Source of the DNA: Polymyxa betae A26-41
Taxonomy: Eukaryota; Protista; Endomyxa: Phytomyxea
Assembly (NCBI GenBank): GCA_003693705.1
Contig: RBZT01000415.1
Location: forward strand, 62,001-126,000
Direction: 5' to 3'
Length of the DNA stretch: 64,000 nt
Below are positions 62,592 to 64,000 of this stretch, piece by piece. A program made the translations under genes and the position numbers. How positions within the stretch are numbered: the stretch's first letter is position 1; each line of letters opens with the position of its first letter. A model generated the notes under the pieces. The model had not been told where the DNA came from and made no database searches. It worked only from the letters and a program-made list of their open reading frames with translations.

Positions 62592-64000
62592 TTAATGAGA
62601 GTCCGCGAACACTTCTTCTTTCTTGGCCTTCCGAGAATCGCGCTTTCGAAGAGAAGCTTGCAAGATTTTTTTACGAAGACGGATGTGTTTCGGGGTGATT
62701 TCGACCATCTCATCTTCGTTAATATATGTCAGAGCGGCCTCAATTGGCATGATTCGCTTCGGGGACAGCCGAACTGTTGGATAACATATGTCAGATTGTT
62801 ACTGCAACGATGGTGGAAATGTTTGAGAAGAAATCCTAAACATGGTCGGAAATCGGTAACCCTATTAAGAGAGTTGAAACTAGCACAAAAGTTAAAGAGA
62901 CCTCTTTCATCAGCACCCGCCGATCTAATATTGGTGAGCTGTTTGGCCCTGACTGGGTTTACGTCCAGATCTGTATCACGGTTGTGCTCCCCAATGATCA
63001 TGCCCTCATAGCACGACTCTCCTGGTCTATAAGAATTATCATTCTGTTCTCGAACTGCACCGTTGTTTACCCGATAAACAAAGTCCCGCGAGCTTCTAAC
63101 GAAGACAAAGCATACGCTGTAGATTCTCCTTGAGCTGAACCAAATTCAGCACCCAATCAAGAGATGTGAATCTGAAAGAGATACCTTGTGAAACAAGAAC
63201 ACCCTTTCTGTCCTGGTCCGCGCCACTTGCCTTACGTTGATACGAATGGAACGCCGAGCACATGATACCTACGAAATGTTCAACCGCACATACGGCACTG
63301 CATTTAGAGTCAAACCATTTCCGCGAGTATCGGTTTGGAATTCATTCCGGTATCCGATAAACAGGCGCGATGGAATGTGGAATACAAGGCGGTTGCGGGC
63401 GTCACTGTCGCTGTTAAATTCAAGAAGAGTACCACCGCGTCGTTGGAGTTTGTCAATGACGACGCTGGCAAATTCTTTCTCAACGTCGACCGTTACCTAG
63501 AAATGCATTCAATTGTCAACCAACTATGAAGATTGCAAAACATAGAAAATTTGCAAAGGTTCATATTGGACGAAAAAAACGATTGCGATGCCAAGACACC
63601 TCTTCCCAAGGCTCCAGAACATGCCCAGTTTCGGGATCACGGCGGAATAGAACCCGAGGCGGCGATACACACAATTCGAAACCTTCACGACGCATCTGCT
63701 CGATTAAGATCCCCATCTGAAGTTCACCACGGCCCTAAAGAGTCTAATCAGCGATTAAAGAGGAAACATCCTACCCAGTATAACCTGAACTTCAACGCTT
63801 TCGTTCGTGTGGGTCCCGGGTTTCAGCGAAACAGCAACATTGTTTTCGCACTCCTTCATCTAACCCAGAATGTTACAATTGGAACAGACAGCGCTGACTC
63901 AAACATACAAGACGATTCTTTAGAACAGTGGATGTCAGTTGAGAGCCATCTTGTCCTGCTAATGGACCTATACAGATTTTTGTTGGAGGCGACATTCCAA
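62592..64000 (-). CDS. typA: TypA/BipA translational GTPase, organellar (5' part outside window); multi-exon
   Basis: Spliced motifs VQ|[104 protein letters not shown]. Confidence 0.95.

Overview
Eukaryotic nuclear DNA from a compact, gene-dense genome. GC is roughly 45-48% by eye, most GT-AG introns are 40-60 nt, and intergenic gaps are often under 200 nt. The fragmented ORF track is explained by splicing under the standard code. About 24 protein genes can be reconstructed. Recognisable ones: a TM RING-H2 ligase (left edge), a membrane histidine kinase, GatB, D2HGDH, CCT5, a CNBD-type K+ channel, a SAM+3PH protein, MAP65/PRC1, TMEM107, TAF2, RPL17, a degenerate ABC half-transporter, MCM4, VPS24/CHMP3, Rav1/DMXL, a Dpy-30-motif protein, THADA, a CPLANE1/JBTS17-like protein, GLE1-like, Rb-related and TypA/BipA (right edge). 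There is also a secreted orphan and a few unidentified genes. Ciliary genes, short introns and TTTAGGG-type repeats suggest a flagellated protist, plausibly a plasmodiophorid such as Spongospora or Polymyxa; this is inference only. Most notable: (1) a bacterial-style histidine kinase with no receiver domain, (2) a CPLANE1 homolog in a protist, (3) a minimal Rb lacking the A/B spacer and C-terminal domain, (4) MAP65 with a C-terminal TPR, and (5) telomere-like tracts clustered in and around THADA, two of them flanking one exon in inverted orientation. No rRNA, tRNA, CRISPR array or transposon was recognised. All family calls come from motifs read by eye, with no database search. Multi-exon coordinates are gene spans and some ends are approximate.
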